Assembly (NCBI RefSeq): GCF_006345805.1
Contig: NW_021832339.1
Location: 1-31,049 of the forward strand
Source: Octopus sinensis
Taxonomy: Eukaryota
DNA length: 31,049 nucleotides
Direction of reading: 5' to 3'
Positions 21,765 to 31,049 of the stretch are shown piece after piece. The notes below the pieces were generated by a model. That model worked only from the letters and a program-made list of their open reading frames with translations. It did not search any database and was not told where the DNA came from. How positions within the stretch are numbered: the stretch's first letter is position 1; every line of letters starts with the position of its first letter. The translations under genes were made by a program, and so were the position numbers.

Positions 21765-21990
21765 GGACGGACGCTGAAAGAAGCCTACCATTTGTATATA
21801 TAAGTATATATATATATATATTACTACACTCACGGAGTGGTTGGCGTTAGGAAGGGCATCCAGCTGTAGAAACATTGCCAGATAAGACTGGAGCCTGGTG
21901 CAGCCTTCTGGCTTCCCAGATCCCCGGTCGAACCGTCCAACACATGCTAGCATGGAGAACGGACGTTAAACGATGATGATGATGATGATA
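21765..21990 (+). mobile_element. B-body fragment joined to tail C with (gat)n end
   Basis: ctgaaagaagcc...(at)n...gagtggttggcgttaggaagggcatccagctgtagaaac...ggacgttaaacgatgatgatg. Confidence 0.7.
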
Positions 21991-22001
21991 TATATATATA
22001 T

Positions 22002-22090
22002 GCAGGGTGGGCCAAAAGTCACACACAAAATAAGTTCCATATGCTCTAAAATTATCAAAGACATGTTCCAGTTTTTCTAAAATTGAATAA
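22002..22090. mobile_element. Possible solitary Tc1/mariner terminal fragment
   Basis: cagggtgggccaaaagtcac following a (TA)n run resembles mariner-type TIR starts. No partner TIR found in the window. Confidence 0.3.
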
Positions 22091-22169
22091 ATTAAATAAC
22101 GACGGACTCTCTTGTCAAAGCTTTTGCTGAGCAACCTGCACAGATGTTTGTTTATAGTGATCAAATGCG

Positions 22170-22385
22170 CGTACTGCTCATTAGCTCTCACACTCCATCA
22201 AATCAACATTTTCTGAACCAGTAACCAGTGCATGGTGTGCTATGTGTCGGGTGTCGAAATGATCAGAGAGCAATGTGAGGTGAAGTGTTTTGCTCAAGAA
22301 CACAATGTACCACCTAGTCTGGGAATTGAAATTGTGATTGCTAGATCATCAGTGCAACTTCCTTACCACTAAGCTATGTGCCCTC
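22170..22385 (-). mobile_element. SINE family G/E 5' portion
   Basis: gagcaatgtgaggtgaagtgttttgctcaagaacacaatg...gggaattgaa...taccactaagctatgtgccctc. Confidence 0.7.
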
Positions 22386-22418
22386 ATCATCATCATAATA
22401 ATAATCATAATAATAATA

Positions 22419-22633
22419 ATTTATTTCTTTACTACCCACAAGGGGCTAAACAAGGACAGACAATGGGATTAAATCGATTACATTGACCCCAGTACGTAAC
22501 TGGTACTTAATTTATCGACCCCGAAAGGATGAAAAGCAAATTCGACCTCGGCGGAATTTGAACTCGGAACGTAACGACAGACAAAATACAGCTACGCATT
22601 TTGCCCAGCGTGCTAACGTTTCTGCCAGCTTGC
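22419..22633 (-). mobile_element. SINE family A (tail 1)
   Basis: Reverse complement of the 7858-8087 type. Confidence 0.85.
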
Positions 22634-22686
22634 CAACAATAATAATGATAATAATAGTAATAATAATAATAATGGTAATAATAATC

Positions 22687-22900
22687 CTTTCTACTAAAGG
22701 CAGAAGGCCTGAAATTTGTGGGGAGCAGGCAAGTCAATCATATCGACCCCAGTACTTGACTGGTACTTCATTTATAGATCCGAAAGGATGAAAATCAAAG
22801 TCAATCTCAACAGAATTTGAACTCAGAATGTAAAGATGGATGAAATGCCACTATGTATTTTGCCCGACATGCTAATGATTCTGCCAGCTTGCCGCCTTCG
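22687..22900 (-). mobile_element. SINE family A (tail 2)
   Basis: Same type as 9471-9686, with the head ending ctgccagcttgccgcctt. Confidence 0.85.
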
Positions 22901-23146
22901 TAAATATATAGGTGTGTGTGTGTACATATATGTATGCATATAGGAGTGTGTGTATATATATGTATGCATATAGGTGTGTGTGTATATAGATATATGTATA
23001 TAGGTGTGTGTGTATATATAGATGTATGTATATAGGTGTGTGTGTATATGTGTATGCATGTATATTGCTTTGTAGAAATGTGTGTGGGGGTGGTGTATAT
23101 GTAGGGTGTTTGTATATATTGGTATATATGTGTGTGTGTGTGTGTT

Positions 23147-23190
<44 letters not shown>

Positions 23191-23248
23191 GACACACATA
23201 TATATACACTTACCTGTGTGTAGAGTGTTTACATAACCTATATGCATG

Positions 23249-23279
<31 letters not shown>

Positions 23280-23698
23280 ACATGTATTGTAACCTGTGTG
23301 GTAGCATCATATATATATATATATAATGCACATGTGTGTATTTGCATAGTGCTTTCTATGTGTGTGTGTGTGCTTTATACTCTCCCTGTCAACCATCACC
23401 ACCACCACCATCACCACACGTGTTAAATCAATGTTTTTCTTCTATTTCCACTGTGTTACACAAACAATGTTCTCAGTGGGGCAAAGAGCTGGTGATAGTG
23501 TTGGTGGTTAATGGTGGCGGTTTAGGAATCCCCCCCCACACACCCTCAAGTGGGTGATGAGAATGTCATGCACAACATAGTCAAAGTTACCATCACACAG
23601 GTACAGCTGGGTAGCTTTGAAGTACCACACATGGTTTCAATAAAGTTTAGAAACTTTCCAGATTGTTTGGATTGAATTACCTAAACTAAACCCCCCCC

Positions 23699-23730
<32 letters not shown>

Positions 23731-24082
23731 TCACAGCAGTAACCATAGGTAAGGACCCTGGTGTCTCTTGTGTGTAGGGGAGACTCCTTTACATGGCTAG
23801 AAATAGCAGCCAAATCTCCCTGATGTCATGCACTTTATATAGCCTTGGAAAAATGGTGAAAAGGCAAAGTCTTCTTTTTCTTGGTAGTTTCAGTAGTCTG
23901 GGAAAGATGATTTTACAATTTCTGGTTGAAGAACCTGCACAAATGATTTAGTTATAATAATCACATAATTGTGCTGTTCATTAGCTCACCCTCTTCATCA
24001 AACTGACATTATCTGAACATGTGCATGGTGAACCACACACATGTCAGATGTTGAAGTGATCATGGAGCAATGTGAGATAAAG

Positions 24083-24942
24083 TACCATAAATCCTTGAGT
24101 ATAATCCGCACTTTTCCCCCAAAATTTAAAGGTCAAAATACCTAGTGCGTACTATATATGAAGTTAAAAAGGAAAAAAATCACCCATAACTTGTTGTAAG
24201 CATCATCATCATCATCATCATCGTATAACGTCCGCTTTCCATGCTAGCATGGGTTGGACGATTTTGACTAAGGGCTGGCAAACCAGATGGCTGCACCAGG
24301 CTCCAGTCTTGATTTGGCAGAGTTTCTACAGCTGGATGCCCTTCCTAACGCCAACCACTCCGAGAGTGTAGTGGGTGCTTTTTACACATGCCACCAGCAC
24401 AGGTGCCAGTTAGGCAACGTTGGTAACGATCACTCTCGAATGGTGCCCTTTTATGTGCCACCAGCACGGAAGCCAGTTGGCTGCTCTGGCAACGGTCACA
24501 CTCGGATGGTGCCTGTGGCACCCTACTAGCATGGGCATAAGTGCCAGTAAGGCAACACTGGTAACGATTACACTCGAATGGTGCCTTTTATGTTCCACTG
24601 GCACAAGAACCGGTTAGCTGTTCTGTCAACGATCACACTCGTATGGTGCTCTTTGCACATTTATTAAAATAAAAAGTATTCAGAACACAGAATAACATGT
24701 AACAAAAACAATTTGCAAACATATTTACATTCCCATATAACAGTTAAGAACATCACCATTATTGTATTACGCATGCACGGAAGTGTTTGTTCGACTAGGT
24801 GCTGCTGGCTTAATTACGCATGACTCAATTTAGAGAAGGGGTGCGTATTATACACAAGGTTTAGGTTTTCCAGAAGTGCAGCCCCCTAAAAATCCCCTGC
24901 ATATTATACTCAAGGGTGGACTATACTCGAGGACTTACAGCA
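24083..24942. mobile_element. pogo/Tc1-mariner-type MITE with degenerate ~23-bp TIRs and a TA target site
   Basis: Left TA-ccataaatccttgagtataatcc (24083-24107); right ggactatactcgaggacttacag-CA (24918-24942, TSD mutated). Subterminal tgc(g/a)ta(c/t)tata repeats at about 24146, 24842 and 24898. No transposase ORF. Confidence 0.75.
24201..24655 (-). mobile_element. Tail-C retroposon with an internal tandem array, nested inside the MITE
   Basis: (cat)n, then aacgtccgctttccatgctagcatggg...ctggatgcccttcctaacgccaacc, then four repeats of an aacgatcacactcgaatggtgc core. Confidence 0.7.
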
Positions 24943-25102
24943 CCTCAATTGAGAACACAATGCACTTCTTGGTCTGGGAATCGAAACGTGATCTGACAAT
25001 CATGACTGCTCTACTCTAACCGCTTGGTAACACACCTTCACAAATTTATATCATCATAGACTCTCCTATCATAGACCACAGATGAGAGTTCTGCAATTTG
25101 TA

Positions 25103-25490
25103 GCTGTGTGGTAAGTAGCTTGCTTATGAACCACATGGTTCCGGGTTCAGTTCCACTGTGTGGCACCTTGGGCAAGTGTCTTCTACTATAGCTTTGGGCT
25201 GACCAAAGCCTTGTGAGTGGATTTGGTAGATGGAGACTGAAAGAGGCCTGTCGTGTATGTATATATATATATATATATATATGTTTGTGTGTCCGTGTTT
25301 GTCCTCCCAACATCGCTTGACAACCGATGCTGGTATGTTTACATCTCCGTAACTTAGCAGTTCGGCAAAAGAGACCGATAGAATAAGTACTAGGCTTATG
25401 AAAAATAAGTCCTGGGATCGATTTGCTCAACTAAAGGTGGTGCACCAGCATGGCCACAGTCAAATGACTGAAACAAGTAAAAAGAGTTGA
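25103..25490 (+). mobile_element. SINE family B, near full length
   Basis: Collinear with 15011-15402; the first few head bases are missing. Confidence 0.9.
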
Positions 25491-25559
25491 GAGAGAAGAA
25501 GCTGCATAGATAATTTGTTAATAGTAATCGAATGTTTGTGCTGTAGATTACCTCTGTCC

Positions 25560-25750
25560 CTCCATCAAATCAACATCACCTGTACAGATGCTCAGGTGTG
25601 CCACACGTCTGATGTTGAAGTGACCATGGAGCAATGTGAGATGAGATGCCTTGATTGAAAACACAATGCACTGCCCGGTCCAGGAATCGAAACCGCGATC
25701 TGACAATCATGAATGCTGCACCTTTAGCACTTGGTAACATGCCTTCACAA
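25560..25750 (-). mobile_element. SINE family G/E 5' portion
   Basis: ggagcaatgtgagatgagatgccttgattgaaaacacaatgcactgcccggtccaggaatcgaaaccgcg. Confidence 0.7.
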
Positions 25751-25844
25751 ACATATATCATGGATTCTCCTGTTGTAGATGACAGTTGAGACTCTTGCAA
25801 TTTCTAGCTGGACAACTTGTATAGATGATTTGTTAATTATAGTT

Positions 25845-25960
25845 TTAATTCTAACACAGTAAGATGTGATAAAAGGGAGATTTTGATTGCTATTTCTAGC
25901 TGAATGAAGGACTTCAGAGTTACTGCCCCTATTTGCCCTGTAGTGTACATGTGTGTGCAT
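25845..25960 (-). mobile_element. Repeat family H fragment (gctagaaatagcag motif)
   Basis: Matches 28258-28330 (ttttaattctaacacagtaagatgtgat...ctatttctagc) and, on the other strand, 23795-23820. Confidence 0.6.
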
Positions 25961-26034
25961 TCGTGTATGCTTGCTCTATTAACAGTGTGTGTTTAATTTG
26001 TGCTGTACATTATCTCACTCTCTGCATCAAATAG

Positions 26035-26170
26035 ACCTCACCTGTACAGGTGTATGGTGGGCCACATGTCAGATGAAGTGTATAGCTCAAGAAAACACTG
26101 CACTGACCTGTCCAGGAATGCAAAACAATGATCTCACAACCATGGGTGCAACGCCCTAACCACTAGGTGA
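26035..26170 (-). mobile_element. SINE family G/E 5' portion, decayed
   Basis: gctcaagaaaacactgcactgacctgtccaggaatg...gcaacgccctaaccactagg. Confidence 0.6.
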
Positions 26171-26331
26171 GGGACTACATATTGGATTATGTCCCTGGGC
26201 AAAAGACATGCTGAGGATATGATTTCTGGTGATGAACTCTATTAGGCTTGAAATCAGATCAAATCAGAGTGTTGCAGTTCACTTGAAGCATTGTAATATT
26301 GAAGATGGTAAAAGGCGGTGAGCTGGCAGAA

Positions 26332-26528
26332 ACGTTAGCATGCCGGGCAAAATGCTTAGTGGTATTTCATCTGTCTTTACGTTCTGAGTTCAAATTCTGC
26401 TGAGGTCAACTTTGCCTCTCATCCTTTCAGGGTCAATAAATTAAGTACCAGTTGCATACTAGGATCGATCTAATCGACTGGCCCCCTCCTCCCGAAATTT
26501 TGGGCCTTGTGCCTAGAGTAGAAAAAAT
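26332..26528 (+). mobile_element. SINE family A (tail 2), full length
   Basis: aaggcggtgagctggcagaaacgttagc...gagttcaaattc...ttgggccttgtgcctagagtagaaaa. Confidence 0.9.
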
Positions 26529-26562
26529 ATTGAAGAAGGTAATAAGAATGAAAATAGAATGC

Positions 26563-26689
26563 TTCTGACAATTCAGAAAGTTTAATAAAACCTTTATATT
26601 TCCAGCACAAAAGCCCCACTTATATTTATATTTCAGGCCTTTGTGCTTGGAATAAAAGGGTTTTATTAAACTTTCCACATTGTCAGGAA
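26563..26689. other. Long imperfect inverted repeat (~50-bp stem, 20-nt loop) in unique DNA; candidate hairpin RNA
   Basis: 26563-26615 pairs with 26636-26689, including a perfect 17-bp block: gaaagtttaataaaacc (26576-26592) with ggttttattaaactttc (26659-26675). Confidence 0.85.
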
Positions 26690-27479
26690 CTTTCTCTTCC
26701 CCTACCTTTTGCCAGATCAAATCAATTTCATTCTCTCTTATTTTTTTTTTTCTGACTACGGAAGTGATAACAATGAGTATTTCTGTTTACCTGTCCAAAG
26801 GTTTTACAGCATTGGGTAAAACTATTTTATTACTCTTACCCCTTTTTGATACCACCCCATCTGAGATTGTCCCTGGTTGTATGATAGGATCTTCTTGTTT
26901 TTAAAAAGAGGGATCGAAATTAAAACCTCCCATCAAAATTTCATATTGGGTTACATTTGAAACTTACAAACCTTCACACACAGACCCATCCCTACAAAGA
27001 TCCCTCACATGCAGACTCCTCCCTACACATACAGATCATCACTACACACAGCTCCCCCACCCCACACAGGCCCCCACATGTACATGCAGGCCATCCGATA
27101 TGCATATGCAACCCTCTACACACTCAGATCCTCCCCTATGCACAGACCCCTTACACACACACACAAGTGCTTTTTACCCACACACACAGCCCTGTGCCAC
27201 CCCATAAGCCGGGTCCTTCCTATAGCTGGGTTGTCAGTTGCCCACATCATTCTAAACTAATGATACATTTTCTGGTTTCACTTGACTGAATTGTGTGTGT
27301 GTGTTTTACATTAAGTAAAGTGATATGATGCGGAGATGAGATGGTGCAGTGTAGCAACCACTTGGCGAGGGTGTGTTGGTGTGGGATGGGAGTAGAGAGG
27401 AGGAGAGGAAGAACTCTCGTGACCATCACTTTGATCATGTAATGTTATTAATCTCACAATAGACATTATATCACTTTGT

Positions 27480-28010
27480 GTGTGTGTGTGTGTGTGTGCA
27501 TGTGTGAGTCAGTGTATGTAAGTCTGGGTTTCTATATGTTGTGTGTGTGTGTTTGTCTGTCTATTGTATGTGTGTGTGAATCCTTCGTGTGTGTGTGTAT
27601 GTGTGTGAGTCTCTGTGTGTTTGTGTATGTGCGTGTCTGTTTTATGTATATGTGAATGTGTGTTTGTGTGCATCTTGTATGTATGTGAGAATTTACATGT
27701 GTATGTTGGTGTATATGCGTTTGTGTATGTTGGTGTGTGTGTGGGTCTAATGTGTGTGTATATTGGTTTGTATGTTGTTTGTGTGTGTGACTTGTATGTA
27801 TGTGAGAATCTACGTGCATATTATATTTGTGTGTGTTGGTGTGTACTTGTGAATCTGTGTGTGGTTCTGTGTTTATGTTGGTGTGTTTGTGTGTGTCTGT
27901 AAGTATGTGCAAATCTGTGCATCTTGTATTTGTGTAAGTCTGTGTGTGTGTTTGTGTATGTTTGTGTCTGTGTGTTTGAGTATACAAACCTGTATGTATG
28001 CATGCATCTG
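27480..28010. repeat. Degenerate (GT)-rich low-complexity tract
   Basis: Directly visible; source of the V/C and T/H-rich ORFs. Confidence 0.85.
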
Positions 28011-28084
28011 CAAGTGTTCTTGTTATTGTTGTTGCTGTGGTTGTTTGGCTATTGTTTCTAGCAACTCCCTCATTTGGCTTTTGT

Positions 28085-28335
28085 TTCTACAGCTCCCTCA
28101 TTAATTTCTACTGTAACAGTTGTTTAGCCCAGATCAATTCTCAGTGAACACACCTATGAACAGAGTCGCTCCAGATGTGACCACCCCACCACCAGCACCA
28201 CGCCCATCTTTTTTTTTCTTTTTTTCTATATCAGTGACTACCTTATCCGATGCAACATTGTTTTAATTCTAACACAGTAAGATGTGATGTGAGGAGGGAG
28301 GCTTCGACTGCTATTTCTAGCAGACTGAGGGACCA
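28085..28335 (-). mobile_element. Repeat family H, decayed
   Basis: aacagttgtttagcccagatca...ccagatgtgacc...ctatttctagc; related to 25845-25960. Confidence 0.5.
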
Positions 28336-28662
28336 CATAGCTCCCCCTCCCCCCGCCTATTGGCTCTTTAGCATGTGTACATGCGTGTATGCATGCTCTG
28401 TTCCACATTACTGACCAGAGTAGGATTACATTACATGGTTGCAACAGAGCATGTCAACAACCATCAACGGTGTGTTGGCAGGGTGGGGCTGAGGACGTAC
28501 AGACAAAAACGGTGTGTGTTGTAGGGTTTACTCTTTAACATCGCCCCACCCCCTCTGCCGGCATCATCTTTCCCTGCTCCCCCCCATCCCTTCCGCTCAG
28601 CTGGTACAAAGCAACATTTGTTGTTTCACTTCCCCCTATCAAAAAAAAAGAAAGTACACACA

Positions 28663-29260
28663 TTGATGATGATGATGATCATCATCATCATCAGCATCTC
28701 TGTCATTGTCATCATCGTTAACCAGTGTCATTGTTAGTGTCATCAGTGGTTTCCTCATCATCACCACCACCACCACCATCATCATTGTTAACAAGTGCTA
28801 TCATCCTCTTCCTCCTCCTCCTCCTCATCATCATCATCATCAAGAACACTATCGTTGCTAACAACGGCTTCATTCCTATTCATCTTTCTCAACATCAGTG
28901 CTGCCATTGTCCCCATCATCTCATCATCATCATCATCAACTATCATCATCATCATCAGCAGTAGCAGCACTTACATCACCACTAACACTCTTGTCATCAT
29001 TGTCAATATCCGTCAGTATCATCATCATCAGCAATACTATCATCACTGACAACAGTGTTATCACATTCATGGTTGTCAACATCATCTTCACTATTACTGT
29101 TATCATCAGCATCATCATCATCATCAACATTGTTATCACCATTATCATCATCATCTTTATCGTGTCTGACATCCAAATAAAGATCATCATTGCCATCGTT
29201 GTTCTCATCATCATCACCATTATCATCATCTTCATCATGATTGACATCAAAATAAAGTGC
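28663..29260. repeat. ~600-bp degenerate (CAT)n trinucleotide tract
   Basis: Directly visible; source of the poly-I/S/H and poly-D/M ORFs. Confidence 0.9.
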
Positions 29261-29571
29261 CGTGAACATCCATCCCTTTCCTTTTTCCAGCCCCCACCCG
29301 TCCACCCCACATACACCCTAGATTGGATATTTACCATATCTAATTGGTTGATGGCCACATGATAAGTGTGTGTGTGTGTGTATGTATGTTGAAATATATA
29401 TATGATCAATGGTTTTTGTCATATATATATATATGTGTGTGTGTGTCTATGCCTTAAAATGTATATAGTTAATGGTTCTCTTGGGAGACGTGTGTGCATG
29501 TGTGTGTGAAGATGTATATATATATCTGTGCTGTAAATGTGTGTGCATGTATATGTATGTATGTGTGTGTA

Positions 29572-29606
<35 letters not shown>

Positions 29607-29610
29607 AGCA

Positions 29611-29765
29611 CAGGAGTGGCTGTGTGAAGTAGCTTGCTTACCAACCATGATTTTGGGTTCAGTCCCACTGCGTGGAACCTTGGGCAAGTATCTTCTACTA
29701 TAGCCTCGGGCCGACCAAAACCTTGTGAGTGGATTTGGTTGACGGAAACTGAAAAAAGCCCATCT
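29611..29765 (+). mobile_element. SINE family B 5' half
   Basis: caggagtggctgtgtgaagtagc...gacggaaactgaaaaaagccc. Confidence 0.85.
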
Positions 29766-29782
29766 GTCTATATATATATATT

Positions 29783-29993
29783 TCTTTATTACCACAAGGG
29801 GCTAAACATATAGGGGACAAACAAGGACGGACAAAGGTACATCGACCCCAGTGCGTAACTGGTACTTAATTTATTGACCCCAAAAGGATGAAAGGCAAAG
29901 TCGACCTCGGCGAAATTTGAACTCAGAACATAACTGCAGACAAAATACAGCTATGCATTTCACCTGGCGTGCTAACGTTTCTGCCAGCTCGCC
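29783..29993 (-). mobile_element. SINE family A (tail 1)
   Basis: Reverse complement of the 7858-8087 type. Confidence 0.85.
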
Positions 29994-30303
29994 TTATATA
30001 TATATATATATATGGGGGATGGTGTGTGTGTGTGTGCGGATTAAGATATATATGTGTTTTGTGTATGTCTTAAGGTGTATATCATTATCTTGGTACACAT
30101 GTGTAAATGTATATGTGTATGTGTGTGCATCTTAAGTTTTATATGGTTCTCTTGGTATATGTGTGTGTGTGTTTTATGATATATATGTCTATGTTGTAAA
30201 TGTCTATATACATATGTATGTATGTATCTTAAGATGTATATGTTTCTCTTGGTATGTGTGTGTATATTTTAAGATATATGTCTGTTGTAAATGTGTGTAT
30301 ATA

Positions 30304-30341
<38 letters not shown>

Positions 30342-30509
30342 GTATGCATGTATATGTGTGTCTTAAGATATATATGGCTGATGGTTCTCCTGGGAAACAT
30401 GTGTGGTGTGCTTGTGTGCAAAAATGTATATATGTGTCTGTGTATGTGGTAAATGTATGTGTGTATATATATATATGGATCCAGGATATTCCCTCTCATA
30501 GAGAATGTG

Positions 30510-30864
30510 GTGGCAGTGGGATGGTAGTGGTGATTGTGATAGTGATGGTTAGTGGTGGTAGCAGTTGTATTGGTGATAATAATGATGATGATGATAGTGC
30601 TTGTGGTTGTTGCAGTGGTGATGAGGATTGTAGTTGTGGTAGGGAATGACAATGGTGGAGGTGGTGGTGAAGGTTGTATTGGTGGTTAGGGCAGTGGTTG
30701 TAGTAGTGGTTACAATGGCGTCGGAGAAGGTTGCAGATTCCCTACCTCTTCCTGCAAGATGCCATATTTTTGATCATCGTGGTCGTCATCATCATCATCA
30801 TCATTGATTATCTATCCAGCATGCTAGAAACCTTCCTCCCTGCCACCGCCATCACTGACACACC

Positions 30865-30895
<31 letters not shown>

Positions 30896-30905
30896 CCACC
30901 ACCAG
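30510..30905. repeat. Degenerate (GGT/GAT)n then (CAT/CAC)n tracts
   Basis: Directly visible. Confidence 0.8.
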
Positions 30906-31049
30906 TTGTACCATTTTGGCATGTTGTATTTCTGTGGTATTATTTCAGTCACACCTTTCTCTCTTATTTTACTACAATCATATTATCTTTGACTCATCTT
31001 CATCTCCCCCACCACCCCTGCCATTAGACACACACACACACACACACAT

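Larger units (their letters stand above)
23985..25040 (-). mobile_element. SINE family G/E host copy, interrupted by the MITE at 24083-24942
   Basis: Removing the MITE restores ggagcaatgtgagataaagTA-cctcaattgagaacacaatgcac, collinear with the uninterrupted copy at 25625-25680. Confidence 0.75.

Noticed and set aside
24400-24652. CRISPR-like repeat/spacer appearance
   Set aside because: Spacers are homologous to each other, repeats are degenerate, the context is a eukaryotic retroposon and there are no cas genes.
26433-26900. Minus-strand frame of about 125 non-SINE codons with one internal stop (KQEDPIIQPG...KYKYKWGF...)
   Set aside because: No recognisable family. It runs through both arms of the hairpin and into a SINE, and the only intron that would remove the stop is 35 nt. 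A BLASTP/tBLASTn hit would reopen it.
28725-29409. Poly-I/S/H and poly-D/M ORFs
   Set aside because: Degenerate (CAT)n tract, open in several frames on both strands.

Overview
AT-rich eukaryotic non-coding DNA (intronic or intergenic), most likely from an octopus (coleoid cephalopod). The taxon call rests on my recognising the dominant tRNA-derived SINE families as octopus OK/OR-type elements and needs a BLAST/Repbase check. I cannot support any protein-coding gene: the long ORFs in the track are translations of micro- and minisatellites or SINEs. The window holds about 30 SINE copies or fragments from several head/tail modules (working labels A-H are mine), two DINE-1/Lep1-like Helitron-type elements, a pogo/Tc1-type MITE with a nested insertion, and a decayed RTE-LINE 3' end. 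It also has several higher-order tandem repeats. The most interesting signals the repeat annotation does not explain are a ~125-nt long-stem hairpin in unique DNA (26563-26689), a near-identical inverted duplication sharing non-consensus variants (16041-16485), a 184-bp tandem SINE trimer (20592-21191) and a TE-free island followed by a candidate start-codon exon (17220-18968). I found no evidence of a complete new multi-gene system. Most coordinates are accurate to about +/-10 bp.
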